A stretch of 64,000 bases of DNA from an uncultured Arcobacteraceae bacterium (lineage in GTDB: Bacteria; Campylobacterota; Campylobacteria; Campylobacterales; Arcobacteraceae): the NCBI GenBank assembly GCA_964022095.1, contig CAXHZO010000001.1:224001-288000 (forward strand), given 5' to 3'. This document shows positions 10,582 through 20,316 of the stretch, piece by piece. How positions within the stretch are numbered: position 1 is the first letter of the stretch; every line of letters begins with the position of its first letter. The notes under the pieces were generated by a model. The model was not told the DNA's origin and made no database searches. It was given only the letters and a program-made list of their open reading frames with translations. A program made the position numbers and the translations under genes.

Positions 10582-11736
10582 TTAATTAGCTAAAGAGTTT
10601 AAAGCCTTAGCACATGTAACTGCTTGTGAGAAATATATCTGAAAATTAAAGCCACCAAGCTCTCCTGTAATATCTAAGCACTCTCCAATAAAGTATAAAT
10701 CTTTTTGTTTAGTACTTTGAAAAGTTTGATGATCTATCTCATCTGTACTTATTCCACCTTTTGTTACCTCTGCTTTTGTATAGCCAAAATTACCTGCTGG
10801 TGGAAACTCATAGTATTTTAAAACTTTTAATTTCTCTTTTTCTTCTTCACTTAATTCACTAACTGATTTATCTTTTACATCAATTGATTTCAAAAACTCT
10901 TCTGTGAATCTTTTAGCAAAGGGAAGTGCTGTTGATATTTTTTTGTTTCCTTTAAAAAAATTCTCTAACTTTTTTTTAGGTAAAAAATCGATTGCAATTT
11001 TTCCCTTTTGCCAATAAAGTGATGTAGTTAAAGTAACAGGTCCAGAACAACCTTTATGAGCAAATAAAAATGAACCTTCAAATCTTTTGTTCTCCACAAA
11101 AGTATTAACCATCATTGAAATACCAGAAAGATTTTTAAACCAAAACTGCTCTTTTTGAACAGTAAATCCAACAAGTGCAGGATCAAGTTTTGTAACAGTA
11201 TGTCCAAACTTTTTAGCAATATCATATGCAATTGAGCTTGCATTTAAAACAGGATAAGACAAACCTCCACTACTAAGTACTACTTTTTTTGCTTCAATTA
11301 TATTTTTATCAGTTTTAATTTTATAGTTTTTATCAAAATCTATATCAATCACTTTTGTATTTAAAAACTTTTTTACATGAGTGATTAATTTTAAAAACAT
11401 ATCTATTACATCTTGTGAAGAGTTACAAAAATATGTTCCTTTCACTATTTTTGGATTTATTTTAGGAATAACATCATTTTTGTTTAAAAACTCGATTAAA
11501 TCATCTTTTGAAAAATTTGATAAAAGTTGTTTAATTAATTTTTCATCACCTAAATAGTTTTTATGGCTTACTAGTTCATTAGTGATATTACATTTTGCTC
11601 CACCACTAACTTTTATTTTTGCTCCAACTTTTGGGTTAGCATCAATTATACAGATATTTTTATATTTTCTTTTATCTAACTTTGATGCAAGCATTAAGCC
11701 ACTTGCACCTGCACCAATAATAGCTATATCGTAGAT
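10582..11736 (-). CDS. HI0933/BaiN family flavoprotein (NAD(P)/FAD oxidoreductase); start extended to ATC at 11736
   Basis: KIKVSGGAKCNITN, AEVTKGG, GECLDITGELGGFN; in-frame upstream IYDIAIIGAGASGL supplies the GxGxxG motif. Confidence 0.85.
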   Translation of the reverse strand: MYDIAIIGAGASGLMLASKLDKRKYKNICIIDANPKVGAKIKVSGGAKCNITNELVSHKNYLGDEKLIKQLLSNFSKDDLIEFLNKNDVIPKINPKIVKGTYFCNSSQDVIDMFLKLITHVKKFLNTKVIDIDFDKNYKIKTDKNIIEAKKVVLSSGGLSYPVLNASSIAYDIAKKFGHTVTKLDPALVGFTVQKEQFWFKNLSGISMMVNTFVENKRFEGSFLFAHKGCSGPVTLTTSLYWQKGKIAIDFLPKKKLENFFKGNKKISTALPFAKRFTEEFLKSIDVKDKSVSELSEEEKEKLKVLKYYEFPPAGNFGYTKAEVTKGGISTDEIDHQTFQSTKQKDLYFIGECLDITGELGGFNFQIYFSQAVTCAKALNSLAN

Positions 11737-12989
11737 GAATTATCCTTTTTACAAATAAATCTATTAATTCCATCTATATACTCATACTCTAAACTATAAG
11801 CATTTGCTTTTAAAATATTATGCACAATATATAAACCTAAACCAAAAGAGTTTTTTGATTTATCCTCATTACTAAAAAATGGTTCAAAATATTGTTCTAA
11901 TTCAAACTCTAAAGCTTTTCCATCATTTTCAAAAACTATATCTTCACCTTGTGTTTGTATAGTAACTTTTTTACTATTTGAGTATTTTAATGCATTATCA
12001 ATTAGGTTTTTAACTGCTATTGAAAATAGTTTGAAATTAACATTTATCTTTTTATTTTCGTGATTATAGATAACATCATCTTCTTCTAACATTAAAATAT
12101 CTTGTGCATTTTCTAAAATGTCATTTAAATAGTACATTTTTTTATCAATATTTTTAGTTGAAGAGATCAACTCTTCAATTGATGCAAATTCGTTGATAAG
12201 TGATTCTAGTCTATTAAATACTGATATCATCTTTTCATTGTTTTGTTCATTTTGTTCTAGTTGTGTTAAAAACTTTCCTTTTGTAATTGGAGTTTTTAGT
12301 TCATGCATTATATTTCTAATAAATATATTTCTAGACTCTTTTAAATTTTTTAATTTTAAAGCAGTATTTTTAAATTCCATCCCAAGCTGTGAAACTTCAT
12401 CTTTTGCTTCACTATTACAACACTCAAAATCAAAATTCTCATCACCTAATGTTTTTACTTTATCTTTTAGTATTTTAAGGGGCATTAGTTTTCGTAAAGT
12501 TATTATATAAACTAAAATTATTGTTATAAAAATAATTGCAAATACAAGCATGATATAAATGTTTATATTTATTAAGTTTTCACTTTGGTCAGTATTATCT
12601 TTTATTAATAAAGTCCAACCTTTTCTTTGTGATTTTAAATAAATATAAGTATTATCATTTAAACTTAAAACTCTTAAGATATCTTTTCTTTTTGGATTAA
12701 TTCTTTGTACAACAACTTTTGTTTGGGGGTTATATGTAATTGCATTTATTTTATTAATATTTCTTAGTAGTTCATATCCCATGTCATTTAATCTATCTAA
12801 AAATTTTTGATCAAAACCAACTTTTGATTGCTTATGTACCATTTTTATAGGAAACTCATATCTATCAAATAAAACACTTTCTTTAACTTTATAAGCATGA
12901 GTCATTAATATAAAAAAACTAATGACTACTAATAGTATTGAAATAATAAAACTAACTGTTATTGTAAAAAATATCGATGATCTATTCAT
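11724..12989 (-). CDS. Membrane sensor histidine kinase (2 TM, HAMP; ArsS-like)
   Basis: IMHELKTPI H-box, NLIDNALKY N-box, FGLGL. Confidence 0.92.
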   Translation of the reverse strand: MNRSSIFFTITVSFIISILLVVISFFILMTHAYKVKESVLFDRYEFPIKMVHKQSKVGFDQKFLDRLNDMGYELLRNINKINAITYNPQTKVVVQRINPKRKDILRVLSLNDNTYIYLKSQRKGWTLLIKDNTDQSENLININIYIMLVFAIIFITIILVYIITLRKLMPLKILKDKVKTLGDENFDFECCNSEAKDEVSQLGMEFKNTALKLKNLKESRNIFIRNIMHELKTPITKGKFLTQLEQNEQNNEKMISVFNRLESLINEFASIEELISSTKNIDKKMYYLNDILENAQDILMLEEDDVIYNHENKKINVNFKLFSIAVKNLIDNALKYSNSKKVTIQTQGEDIVFENDGKALEFELEQYFEPFFSNEDKSKNSFGLGLYIVHNILKANAYSLEYEYIDGINRFICKKDNSSTI

Positions 12990-13666
12990 TGTGTAAATTT
13001 ATACCCCATTCCTCTTATTGTATGTAAAAACTGTGGTTCTCTTGGATTTTGTTCTATTTTATGTCTAATTCTATTTATAATTACTGCAAGGGAACCAGAA
13101 CTATCATAATCTTGATTTAGTAAATCAGAATTATCAAATATCTCTTCCCTTGAGATTACAAAACCATCTCTTTTTATAAGCAAAGATAAAACTTCAAACT
13201 CTGCTGCTGTTAGTTTAACATATTTACCATTTTTTGTGATTTCATTTTTATCAATATTAACTTCAAAGATTTTATTTAAGACTTCTTCTTGTTGCATATT
13301 TGAGTGATTAAATCTTCGTAAAACTGTTTTAATCCTAACTTCAAGTTCTCTTGGTTCATATGGCTTTGGTAAATAATCATCTGCCCCTAATTGAAGTGCA
13401 GTTACCTTATCTGTTAAGTCACTTCTAGCACTTGAAATTATAATAGGAATATCAAAGTTTTTGACTATCTCTTTACAAACATCTAATCCATCCATACCAG
13501 GAAGTGTTAAATCAAGTATTATTAAATCAAATTTTTGTATTTTTAAAGTTGAAAGAGCCAAAAATGGCTCTTCAAAATTTGTAACTTCGATATTAAATTG
13601 CTTTAAATATTGTGTTAAAACATCTGCTAATTCTAAATCATCCTCTACCATTGCAATTTGTATCAA
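12986..13666 (-). CDS. OmpR-family response regulator
   Basis: VEDD...LDLTLPGMDG...GADDYLPKP...TIRGMGYK; TTG start. Confidence 0.95.
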   Translation of the reverse strand: MIQIAMVEDDLELADVLTQYLKQFNIEVTNFEEPFLALSTLKIQKFDLIILDLTLPGMDGLDVCKEIVKNFDIPIIISSARSDLTDKVTALQLGADDYLPKPYEPRELEVRIKTVLRRFNHSNMQQEEVLNKIFEVNIDKNEITKNGKYVKLTAAEFEVLSLLIKRDGFVISREEIFDNSDLLNQDYDSSGSLAVIINRIRHKIEQNPREPQFLHTIRGMGYKFTQ

Positions 13667-13675
13667 AGTAAATCC

Positions 13676-14110
13676 TTAGCTTCTTTTTTCTTTTTTTAAA
13701 TCCATTAAAACTTTTAATTGTTCTTTTTGTTTAGTTGTTAATAGTTCATAAACTTTTTCAATCATATCTGCTCTTGATTTTAACATATTCTCTCTTTTTT
13801 GACTAGTAATTTCTAAATATTTTTGTTTATCGAAAGAGTTTTTTGTAAATGCTTCATTTACTGTTTTTCTATTTTTCCTATTTTCTAACATTATTTCTTT
13901 GATTTTTGTTTTTTGCTCACTTGTTAAATTAAGTTGTTTAAACATTGCTAAAATATGTCTACCTTTTTTGTGATTGCTTTTATTCATATGATAAGCTTTT
14001 TTAGATTCATACTTTGCACCTTTTTGATTATTCATCATTCCACAATTTGCAAAAACAGATGTTGCAACAACTGAACTTATTAATAAACCTGCTAGTAATT
14101 TTCTTTTCAT
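13676..14110 (-). CDS. Spy/CpxP family periplasmic protein
   Basis: Signal peptide; two LTxxQ motifs (LNLTSEQK, LLTTKQK). Confidence 0.88.
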   Translation of the reverse strand: MKRKLLAGLLISSVVATSVFANCGMMNNQKGAKYESKKAYHMNKSNHKKGRHILAMFKQLNLTSEQKTKIKEIMLENRKNRKTVNEAFTKNSFDKQKYLEITSQKRENMLKSRADMIEKVYELLTTKQKEQLKVLMDLKKEKRS

Positions 14111-14150
14111 TTTTAATCCTTTTTTATATTTGATATATAAAATTATGACG

Positions 14151-14180
14151 TATAGAATTTAATCATTATTAAATTCTATA
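14151..14180. promoter_or_regulatory. Perfect 13-bp inverted repeat in the divergent spy/diguanylate cyclase promoter region
   Basis: TATAGAATTTAAT-catt-ATTAAATTCTATA. Confidence 0.55.
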
Positions 14181-14197
14181 TTAACGATTTCTTAACA

Positions 14198-14216
14198 AAT
14201 AATGAGAATCAATAAT
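14198..14216. promoter_or_regulatory. Fur-box-like sequence
   Basis: AATAATGAGAATCAATAAT, 14/19 identical to GATAATGATAATCATTATC; AT-rich background weakens this. Confidence 0.35.
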
Positions 14217-14250
14217 TAATTATGTTAAAATATAATCAAAAAGTATAAGT

Positions 14251-15945
14251 ATGTCTCTATCAAATTTTATTACAAAACTAATTCTAATAACTGTACTTAT
14301 ATCATCACTTCTGGCATTTTTATTTACTATATTATTTCAATACAATAGTTTTTTAAAAGAAACAGAAAATATAAAAAAAGATTTCCTACTACAAAAGAAA
14401 AAAGAAGTAAAAAGAGAAATAGAAAGAATTCATAGTTTTATAAAATACAAAAACAATAGTCTTTCTTATATAAAAAATAAGGATATAGAAACTATTCAAA
14501 ATGAAATATTAGATTGGATTTCAACAGTTAGATTTGGTAAAAATGGCTATATTTTTATCAATACAGTTGAAGGAAATTCAATTTTATTTGATGGAAAGAA
14601 AAATGTACCAGCAATAAAACATCCAAATAAAAAAATCTTTGACCAACAAATACAAGCTTTAAAAACTAAAAGAAATAACTTTATAAAATATACATTTAAA
14701 AAATTAAATAATAATAAAACATCAACTAAAATCTCTTACATTTTATTATACGAACCTTGGGGTTGGATTATTGGGAGTGGTTTTTATTTAGATGAAGTTC
14801 AAAAAGAAATCAAACAAAAAGAAGAAGCTTTTAAACAAACAATTTTAAATGAAATAAAATCTATTTTGATTGTATTTATAATACTTGTTTTAATTTTGGT
14901 AATTATCTCTAAAAAAATAAAGCAATATATAAATAACAATATCAAAAATTTGATTGAAGAGTTTAAAAGAGCCTCATCAAACAATAATATTATTGAATCA
15001 AAAAGGTTTAGTTTTGAAGAGTTTTCTTCTTTAGCAAGTAGTATTAATGAGATATTAGAAGATAAACATAAAGCTGAAAAGAAATTAAATATCTATTTAA
15101 AAATTCTTGATGAACATGTTATCACATCCACAACTGACATAAAAGGTACTATTAAAAGTGTAAGTAAAGCTTTTTGTGAAATATCAGGGTATTCAAAAGA
15201 AGAACTAATTGGAAAAAAACATAATATAGTTAAACATGAAGATATGAGTCAAAAAACATATGAAGAACTTTGGAATACAATACAAAGTGGAAAAATCTGG
15301 AAAGGTGAATTAAAAAACAAAAAGAAATCAGGAGAGGTATATTGGGTAGAAGCTATCATTCAACCAATTATTGAAAATGGCAAAATCTCAGGATATACTG
15401 CAATTAGACATAATATCACAAATAAAAAAAGAGTTGAGTATTTATCAATTACAGATGAATTAACTCAACTTTATAATAGAAGATACTTTAATAAAATCAT
15501 TGAAGGTGAATTAAAAAGAGCAAAAAGAGCAAATAGTTTCATATCTTTTATGATGTTAGATATAGATTATTTTAAAAGATACAATGATAATTATGGTCAT
15601 CAAAAAGGTGATGATATACTTGCTAAAATAGCTTTAGTTCTAAAAGAAAATTCAAAAAGAATAAGTGATTATGTATTTAGAATTGGTGGTGAAGAGTTTG
15701 CATTTATTTTCTCTTCAGTTGATGAAAATAAATCTTTTGAGTTTGCTAATAATATAAGAAAAGATATTGAGCAATTAAAAATAGAGCATACAAAAAGTCC
15801 AATATCAAAATATGTTACTGTTTCTGTTGGAGTGGTTTGCAAAAAAGCAAATGATATTTCTAGCTCTTCTGAACTTTATAAATTAGGGGATAGTGCTTTA
15901 TATAAAGCAAAAGATAATGGAAGAAATAGTGTAATTATCAAATAA
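14251..15945 (+). CDS. Membrane diguanylate cyclase (Cache, PAS, GGDEF)
   Basis: Two TM segments; RFGKNGYIF..WGWIIGSG Cache; PAS; RISD I-site and RIGGEEF. Confidence 0.92.
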   Translation: MSLSNFITKLILITVLISSLLAFLFTILFQYNSFLKETENIKKDFLLQKKKEVKREIERIHSFIKYKNNSLSYIKNKDIETIQNEILDWISTVRFGKNGYIFINTVEGNSILFDGKKNVPAIKHPNKKIFDQQIQALKTKRNNFIKYTFKKLNNNKTSTKISYILLYEPWGWIIGSGFYLDEVQKEIKQKEEAFKQTILNEIKSILIVFIILVLILVIISKKIKQYINNNIKNLIEEFKRASSNNNIIESKRFSFEEFSSLASSINEILEDKHKAEKKLNIYLKILDEHVITSTTDIKGTIKSVSKAFCEISGYSKEELIGKKHNIVKHEDMSQKTYEELWNTIQSGKIWKGELKNKKKSGEVYWVEAIIQPIIENGKISGYTAIRHNITNKKRVEYLSITDELTQLYNRRYFNKIIEGELKRAKRANSFISFMMLDIDYFKRYNDNYGHQKGDDILAKIALVLKENSKRISDYVFRIGGEEFAFIFSSVDENKSFEFANNIRKDIEQLKIEHTKSPISKYVTVSVGVVCKKANDISSSSELYKLGDSALYKAKDNGRNSVIIK

Positions 15946-15960
15946 CTACACTTTTTCTTT

Positions 15961-18948
15961 TTATTTTCTTAAGTACTTCATAGTTGTTGCAATAATATCG
16001 TCATCATCTTTACTTGGAGATTTTATAGTCTCTTTCGTATCATCTGATTTGACAAATGTAATATTCATTTCATAAGAGCTTATAGTTTGAATACCTTTGT
16101 TTATTGCTAAAATTTTAATCAAGATTAGTTCAATAAACTGTTTTGTTGGAATATCTGGTTTTCCAAATCTATCTTCCATCTCTTCTTCTATTGCATATAC
16201 TTCTTGATTATCAAGAGCTTTACTAAGACGTCTATATAATTCAAGTCTAACTCTATCTTCATTTATATACTCATCACTAATATAAGCTGAAATTGCTAAT
16301 TTAATATCAACTGATTTTTTCTCTTCTTTTGTATCACCACTTAATGTGGCTAAGGTATCTTCTAACATTTTAAGATATAGTCCATATCCGATTTGTTTGA
16401 TATGTCCACTTTGTGCTTCACCAACAATATTTCCACCACCTCTGATTTCTAAATCTTGGTGAGCAAGTGCTGTTCCACTTCCTAAGTATGAATTTGACTC
16501 AAGTGCGACTAATCTTTTAATTGCATCATCAGTTATATGTTTTTTATCTTCAACTACGTAGTAACAAAAACCTTCTTTATTGCTTCTACCAACTCTACCT
16601 CTTAATTGATGTAAGTCTGCTATACCAAATCTATCTGCACCATCAATTACAATTGAGTTTGCATTTGGTAGGTGAAGTCCAGACTCAACAATACTAGTTG
16701 CAAGTAAAATATCAAACTCTTTGTTTTCAAAAGCTTCAATGATTTTTTCAGCTTGAACTGGTTTTATTTTAGAGTGAATAATCTCTATTTTAATATTTGG
16801 AACAATCTCTTCAATATCACTTTTTTTAGCTTCAATTGAAGCGATGTTATTGTGTACATAAAATAACTGTCCACCCCTTCTTTTTTCCCTTAAAACTATC
16901 TCTTTGATTAACTTATCACTATACTCTTTTACATAAGTTCTAACACCTAATCTTTCACTTGGAGGAGTAAGTAAAGCACTCATTCCTTTTAGCTTACTAA
17001 GAGCTAGATTTAAAGTTCTAGGAATTGGAGTTGCACTCATTGAGAAAATATGAACATCATCTCTTAACTGTTTTAATTTTTCTTTTTGTTTAACACCAAA
17101 TTTATGCTCTTCATCAATAATTACAAGTGCTAAATTCTTTGTTTTTACACTTAAAAGTGAATGTGTTCCAATAACAACTTGAATGTCACCAGATTCTAAA
17201 CCTTTTTTTACAAGAGATTTCTCTTTTGTAGTTGACTTACCATCAAGTTTTGCAACTGTTATTCCAAACTCTTCAAATCTTTTTTGAATTCCATGGAAAT
17301 GTTGACTTGCAAGAAGTGTTGTAGGACATACAAAAAGTGTTTGATAACCATCTAATACAACTGCTAACATTGCATTCATTGCAACTTCTGTTTTACCAAA
17401 TCCAACATCACCTGAAAGAAGTCTATCCATAACTCGACCTGAGCTTAAATCATCAAATATCTCACGAACACTTCTTTTTTGATCTTTTGTATATTCAAAT
17501 CCTGAGTTTTTTGAAAACTCTTCTAAAGTTTTTTTATTTGTATTAATTTTTATACCATTTACAAGTTCACGTGCAGCTGCCATTTTAATAATATCATTTG
17601 CAATAGCAAATAATCTATCTTTAACTTTTTCTTTTAACTTAGCAAAGCTTCCTTTACCAAGCTTATCAACAACAGCATATGAACTTCCATCAGCAACATA
17701 TCTATCAATTAAATCAATATTTTCAACAGGAATTAAAAGCTTATCATCACCTGCATACATAACAATTACAAAATCTCTTTTAGCACCCATAACTGTAACT
17801 GGCTCAATACCTTTATACTGACCAATACCGTGCTTTTCATGTACTACAAAGTCATTTACCTGAAGTTCATCAAGTACAAGTTTTACTTTCTTCTTTCTTC
17901 TTTTTTTAACTTCTTTATTTAGTGAAATAATCACTTCATCATTTGATACTAAATTTATAATTTGATTATCAAATAAATAGTTGATTTCTTTATTACTTAA
18001 GTCTAAATCAAAGCCTTTAACCTTTGCTTCAGTACTTGAGATAATAGTAACTTTCTTACCAGAATGAAAAGTTAAAAACTCTTTTACATTTGCAGGGGCA
18101 ACCTCTTGGTAGTTTTTTGAATATGTGATTTGAGGAAGAGTTAAAAACTTATCTTTGCTTATTCTTTTTTCTTCAAAAACATAAACTTCTTCAAGCTCAT
18201 CAAGTGCTTCATGGGTAATAAATGAGTTTAAGTTTTGAGGTAAATACTCCCCTAAATCATTTAGATACCAAAATCCAAGGGAATGAATATCTTTGATAAA
18301 TGCATCTGTTTGAACAGTTTCTATCTCTTCATTTATTTGTGCATAAGTTTCTTCATCAAGTGCTAAAAATGCAGGATTAATTTTAAAACTTTCAATCTCT
18401 TCTTTAAAGGATTTTTGATCTTCAATATCAAACTTTCTAATACTCTCAACTTCATCATCAAATAAAGATACCCTAAATCCAGTATCACTTCCAAGAGGGC
18501 AAATATCTATAATATCTCCCCTAATAGAAGCTTCACCTTCACTTGTAACAATGTCTACAAAATAGTATCCCCAATTATACAGTTTGCTTTTAAACTCTTC
18601 TAAATTTAAAGTATCGGCAAAATTTATTTCAAAACTATCAAAACATTTTTGCTTTGGCATAGAGTAAGAGATAGTTCTAATAGGTGAAATTAAAATCTTA
18701 TCTTGTTTTTTATAGTCATAAAATGCGTTTAAAGATTTTGTGATTTCTTGTAATTCTTCACTAAAAGAGAGTAAGTCATCTCCAAAATTTGCTCTAAAAT
18801 CACTTAATACAAAAGGCTTAAATCCTAAAAAAGAAACAACATCACTTGCCATTTGGGCTTGTATATCATCATTTACAATTAAAAGTTGACACTCTTTTAA
18901 TCTTTTATCTTCTTTTAAATTCTTAAGATACTCGTAAATATTTTTCAC
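15961..18948 (-). CDS. mfd: Transcription-repair coupling factor
   Basis: MDRLLSGDVGFGKTEVA, DEEHKFG, SATPIPRTL, HQLRGRVGR; GTG start. Confidence 0.97.
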   Translation of the reverse strand: MKNIYEYLKNLKEDKRLKECQLLIVNDDIQAQMASDVVSFLGFKPFVLSDFRANFGDDLLSFSEELQEITKSLNAFYDYKKQDKILISPIRTISYSMPKQKCFDSFEINFADTLNLEEFKSKLYNWGYYFVDIVTSEGEASIRGDIIDICPLGSDTGFRVSLFDDEVESIRKFDIEDQKSFKEEIESFKINPAFLALDEETYAQINEEIETVQTDAFIKDIHSLGFWYLNDLGEYLPQNLNSFITHEALDELEEVYVFEEKRISKDKFLTLPQITYSKNYQEVAPANVKEFLTFHSGKKVTIISSTEAKVKGFDLDLSNKEINYLFDNQIINLVSNDEVIISLNKEVKKRRKKKVKLVLDELQVNDFVVHEKHGIGQYKGIEPVTVMGAKRDFVIVMYAGDDKLLIPVENIDLIDRYVADGSSYAVVDKLGKGSFAKLKEKVKDRLFAIANDIIKMAAARELVNGIKINTNKKTLEEFSKNSGFEYTKDQKRSVREIFDDLSSGRVMDRLLSGDVGFGKTEVAMNAMLAVVLDGYQTLFVCPTTLLASQHFHGIQKRFEEFGITVAKLDGKSTTKEKSLVKKGLESGDIQVVIGTHSLLSVKTKNLALVIIDEEHKFGVKQKEKLKQLRDDVHIFSMSATPIPRTLNLALSKLKGMSALLTPPSERLGVRTYVKEYSDKLIKEIVLREKRRGGQLFYVHNNIASIEAKKSDIEEIVPNIKIEIIHSKIKPVQAEKIIEAFENKEFDILLATSIVESGLHLPNANSIVIDGADRFGIADLHQLRGRVGRSNKEGFCYYVVEDKKHITDDAIKRLVALESNSYLGSGTALAHQDLEIRGGGNIVGEAQSGHIKQIGYGLYLKMLEDTLATLSGDTKEEKKSVDIKLAISAYISDEYINEDRVRLELYRRLSKALDNQEVYAIEEEMEDRFGKPDIPTKQFIELILIKILAINKGIQTISSYEMNITFVKSDDTKETIKSPSKDDDDIIATTMKYLRK

Positions 18949-19259
18949 TATTTAGCTTCTTCTTTTAGTTCTTCAAAGAAACCTGTTTGTTTATCATAAT
19001 AGTATGGAGGATATGGTGTCTCATTTAATAAAAATATTAAATTTGCTTCTTGGAAACCTGCTTTTTCTAAAGCTTCTTTAAATATTTCTAAAATAAAAGC
19101 TTTAGTCGTAACTAAAGTTGTAGTTGAAGATGAAGTGTATACATGTTTTTCACCTTCTACTGTTTTAAAACTTTTTCTTTTTAAAAATTTCTGCATTTTT
19201 TCTTCATCTTCAAGTCCACCTACATCAAGTAACACTAATACATCAATTGAATCTGCCAT
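18948..19259 (-). CDS. Hypothetical protein
   Basis: 103-aa ORF with SD, 1-nt overlap with mfd start. Confidence 0.75.
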   Translation of the reverse strand: MADSIDVLVLLDVGGLEDEEKMQKFLKRKSFKTVEGEKHVYTSSSTTTLVTTKAFILEIFKEALEKAGFQEANLIFLLNETPYPPYYYDKQTGFFEELKEEAK

Positions 19260-19286
19260 TTTTTTCCTTCTTTTTATTTTTCTAAA

Positions 19287-19532
19287 TTATTTACAACAAC
19301 CACTACCACAACATTTAAGTGATTTTTCCAAAGGCTTTGCAAGTGAAATTTTAAAGTTATCAAAGATTTTTAGTATTTGAAATGAATGTTTAGCACAAAA
19401 CTCACTATTCATTGTATCTTGCATTTTTATTGCAAAATTATATGCATCTTCTTCTTTTTCAAATTCACTACTTCCTTCTAAATCACTTTTTTTAAAGCAA
19501 CTACATTGTTTATCTACAATAACTTTATACAT
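19287..19532 (-). CDS. Small cysteine-rich hypothetical protein
   Basis: CSCF, FCAKH, C-terminal CCGSGCCK; AGGA SD. Confidence 0.75.
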   Translation of the reverse strand: MYKVIVDKQCSCFKKSDLEGSSEFEKEEDAYNFAIKMQDTMNSEFCAKHSFQILKIFDNFKISLAKPLEKSLKCCGSGCCK

Positions 19533-19544
19533 AAAATATTCCTA

Positions 19545-20252
19545 TCATAATACTAATGTAGATACAAATCCAATTAGTCCACCAAATACTGCACCCCAAA
19601 TAACAAGCCATCCAAGATGTTCTCTTATCATTTCTTGAACAATTTCTTTAACCATTTTAGGAGTTAACTCATCTAATCTTGAACTTACAATTTTACTTAA
19701 TTTACTGTGAACATCTTGTGATAAATCTTTCGATTTTAGACTCTCTGTTAATACATCTTGAAAAGCTTGTGTTTGAGTAATATCAATAATTGAATTTTGA
19801 AGTTTTTTGATAAAAGGTTCCTTTAAAGGTTCAAGTGCAGCTTCACCTCCAAACATTCCTAACATTCCACCAAAACTTGACTCCATAACTGATACTTTTA
19901 ATGAATCATAAGCAGGAGTAAAATCTGTTTTATTTAAAATCTTTTCAAAATCAATTGTGTCTTTTGCACTATTTACTTCAGTTTGAAAAAATTTTGTTAG
20001 ATGCTCTTGAGTAAAAAATTGATTCATCATTAAATTATGAATTGATGTTTTAAACTGAGTGAATTTACTCTCAATTACTCCACTTCCATATAAAAATGGT
20101 ACCTTCTCAAAAAGCATATGTATTGCAAGTGTATTTGTAACTGCACCACTTAAGGCAAAAAGACCCACCATAAAAATAGTGTCATTTCCATTTGAGTAAC
20201 CGTAAGCCATAATTAAAACAGTAATTAAATTTGTAATATCAGATTTATTCAT
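19545..20252 (-). CDS. DUF445 family membrane protein
   Basis: SGAVTNTLAIHMLFEKVPFLYGSGVI; HLGWLVIWGAVFGGLIG. Confidence 0.85.
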   Translation of the reverse strand: MNKSDITNLITVLIMAYGYSNGNDTIFMVGLFALSGAVTNTLAIHMLFEKVPFLYGSGVIESKFTQFKTSIHNLMMNQFFTQEHLTKFFQTEVNSAKDTIDFEKILNKTDFTPAYDSLKVSVMESSFGGMLGMFGGEAALEPLKEPFIKKLQNSIIDITQTQAFQDVLTESLKSKDLSQDVHSKLSKIVSSRLDELTPKMVKEIVQEMIREHLGWLVIWGAVFGGLIGFVSTLVL

Positions 20253-20291
20253 TATGATAAACTCCCTTAATAAAAAGGGATTTTATCATAA
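20252..20291. terminator. Hairpin after the PhoX-like gene, covering the DUF445 SD
   Basis: TTATGATAAAcTCCCTT...AAGGGAtTTTATCATAA inverted repeat. Confidence 0.45.
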
Positions 20292-20316
20292 CTTTTTAAA
20301 AGAGTGTTTTAAGAGA

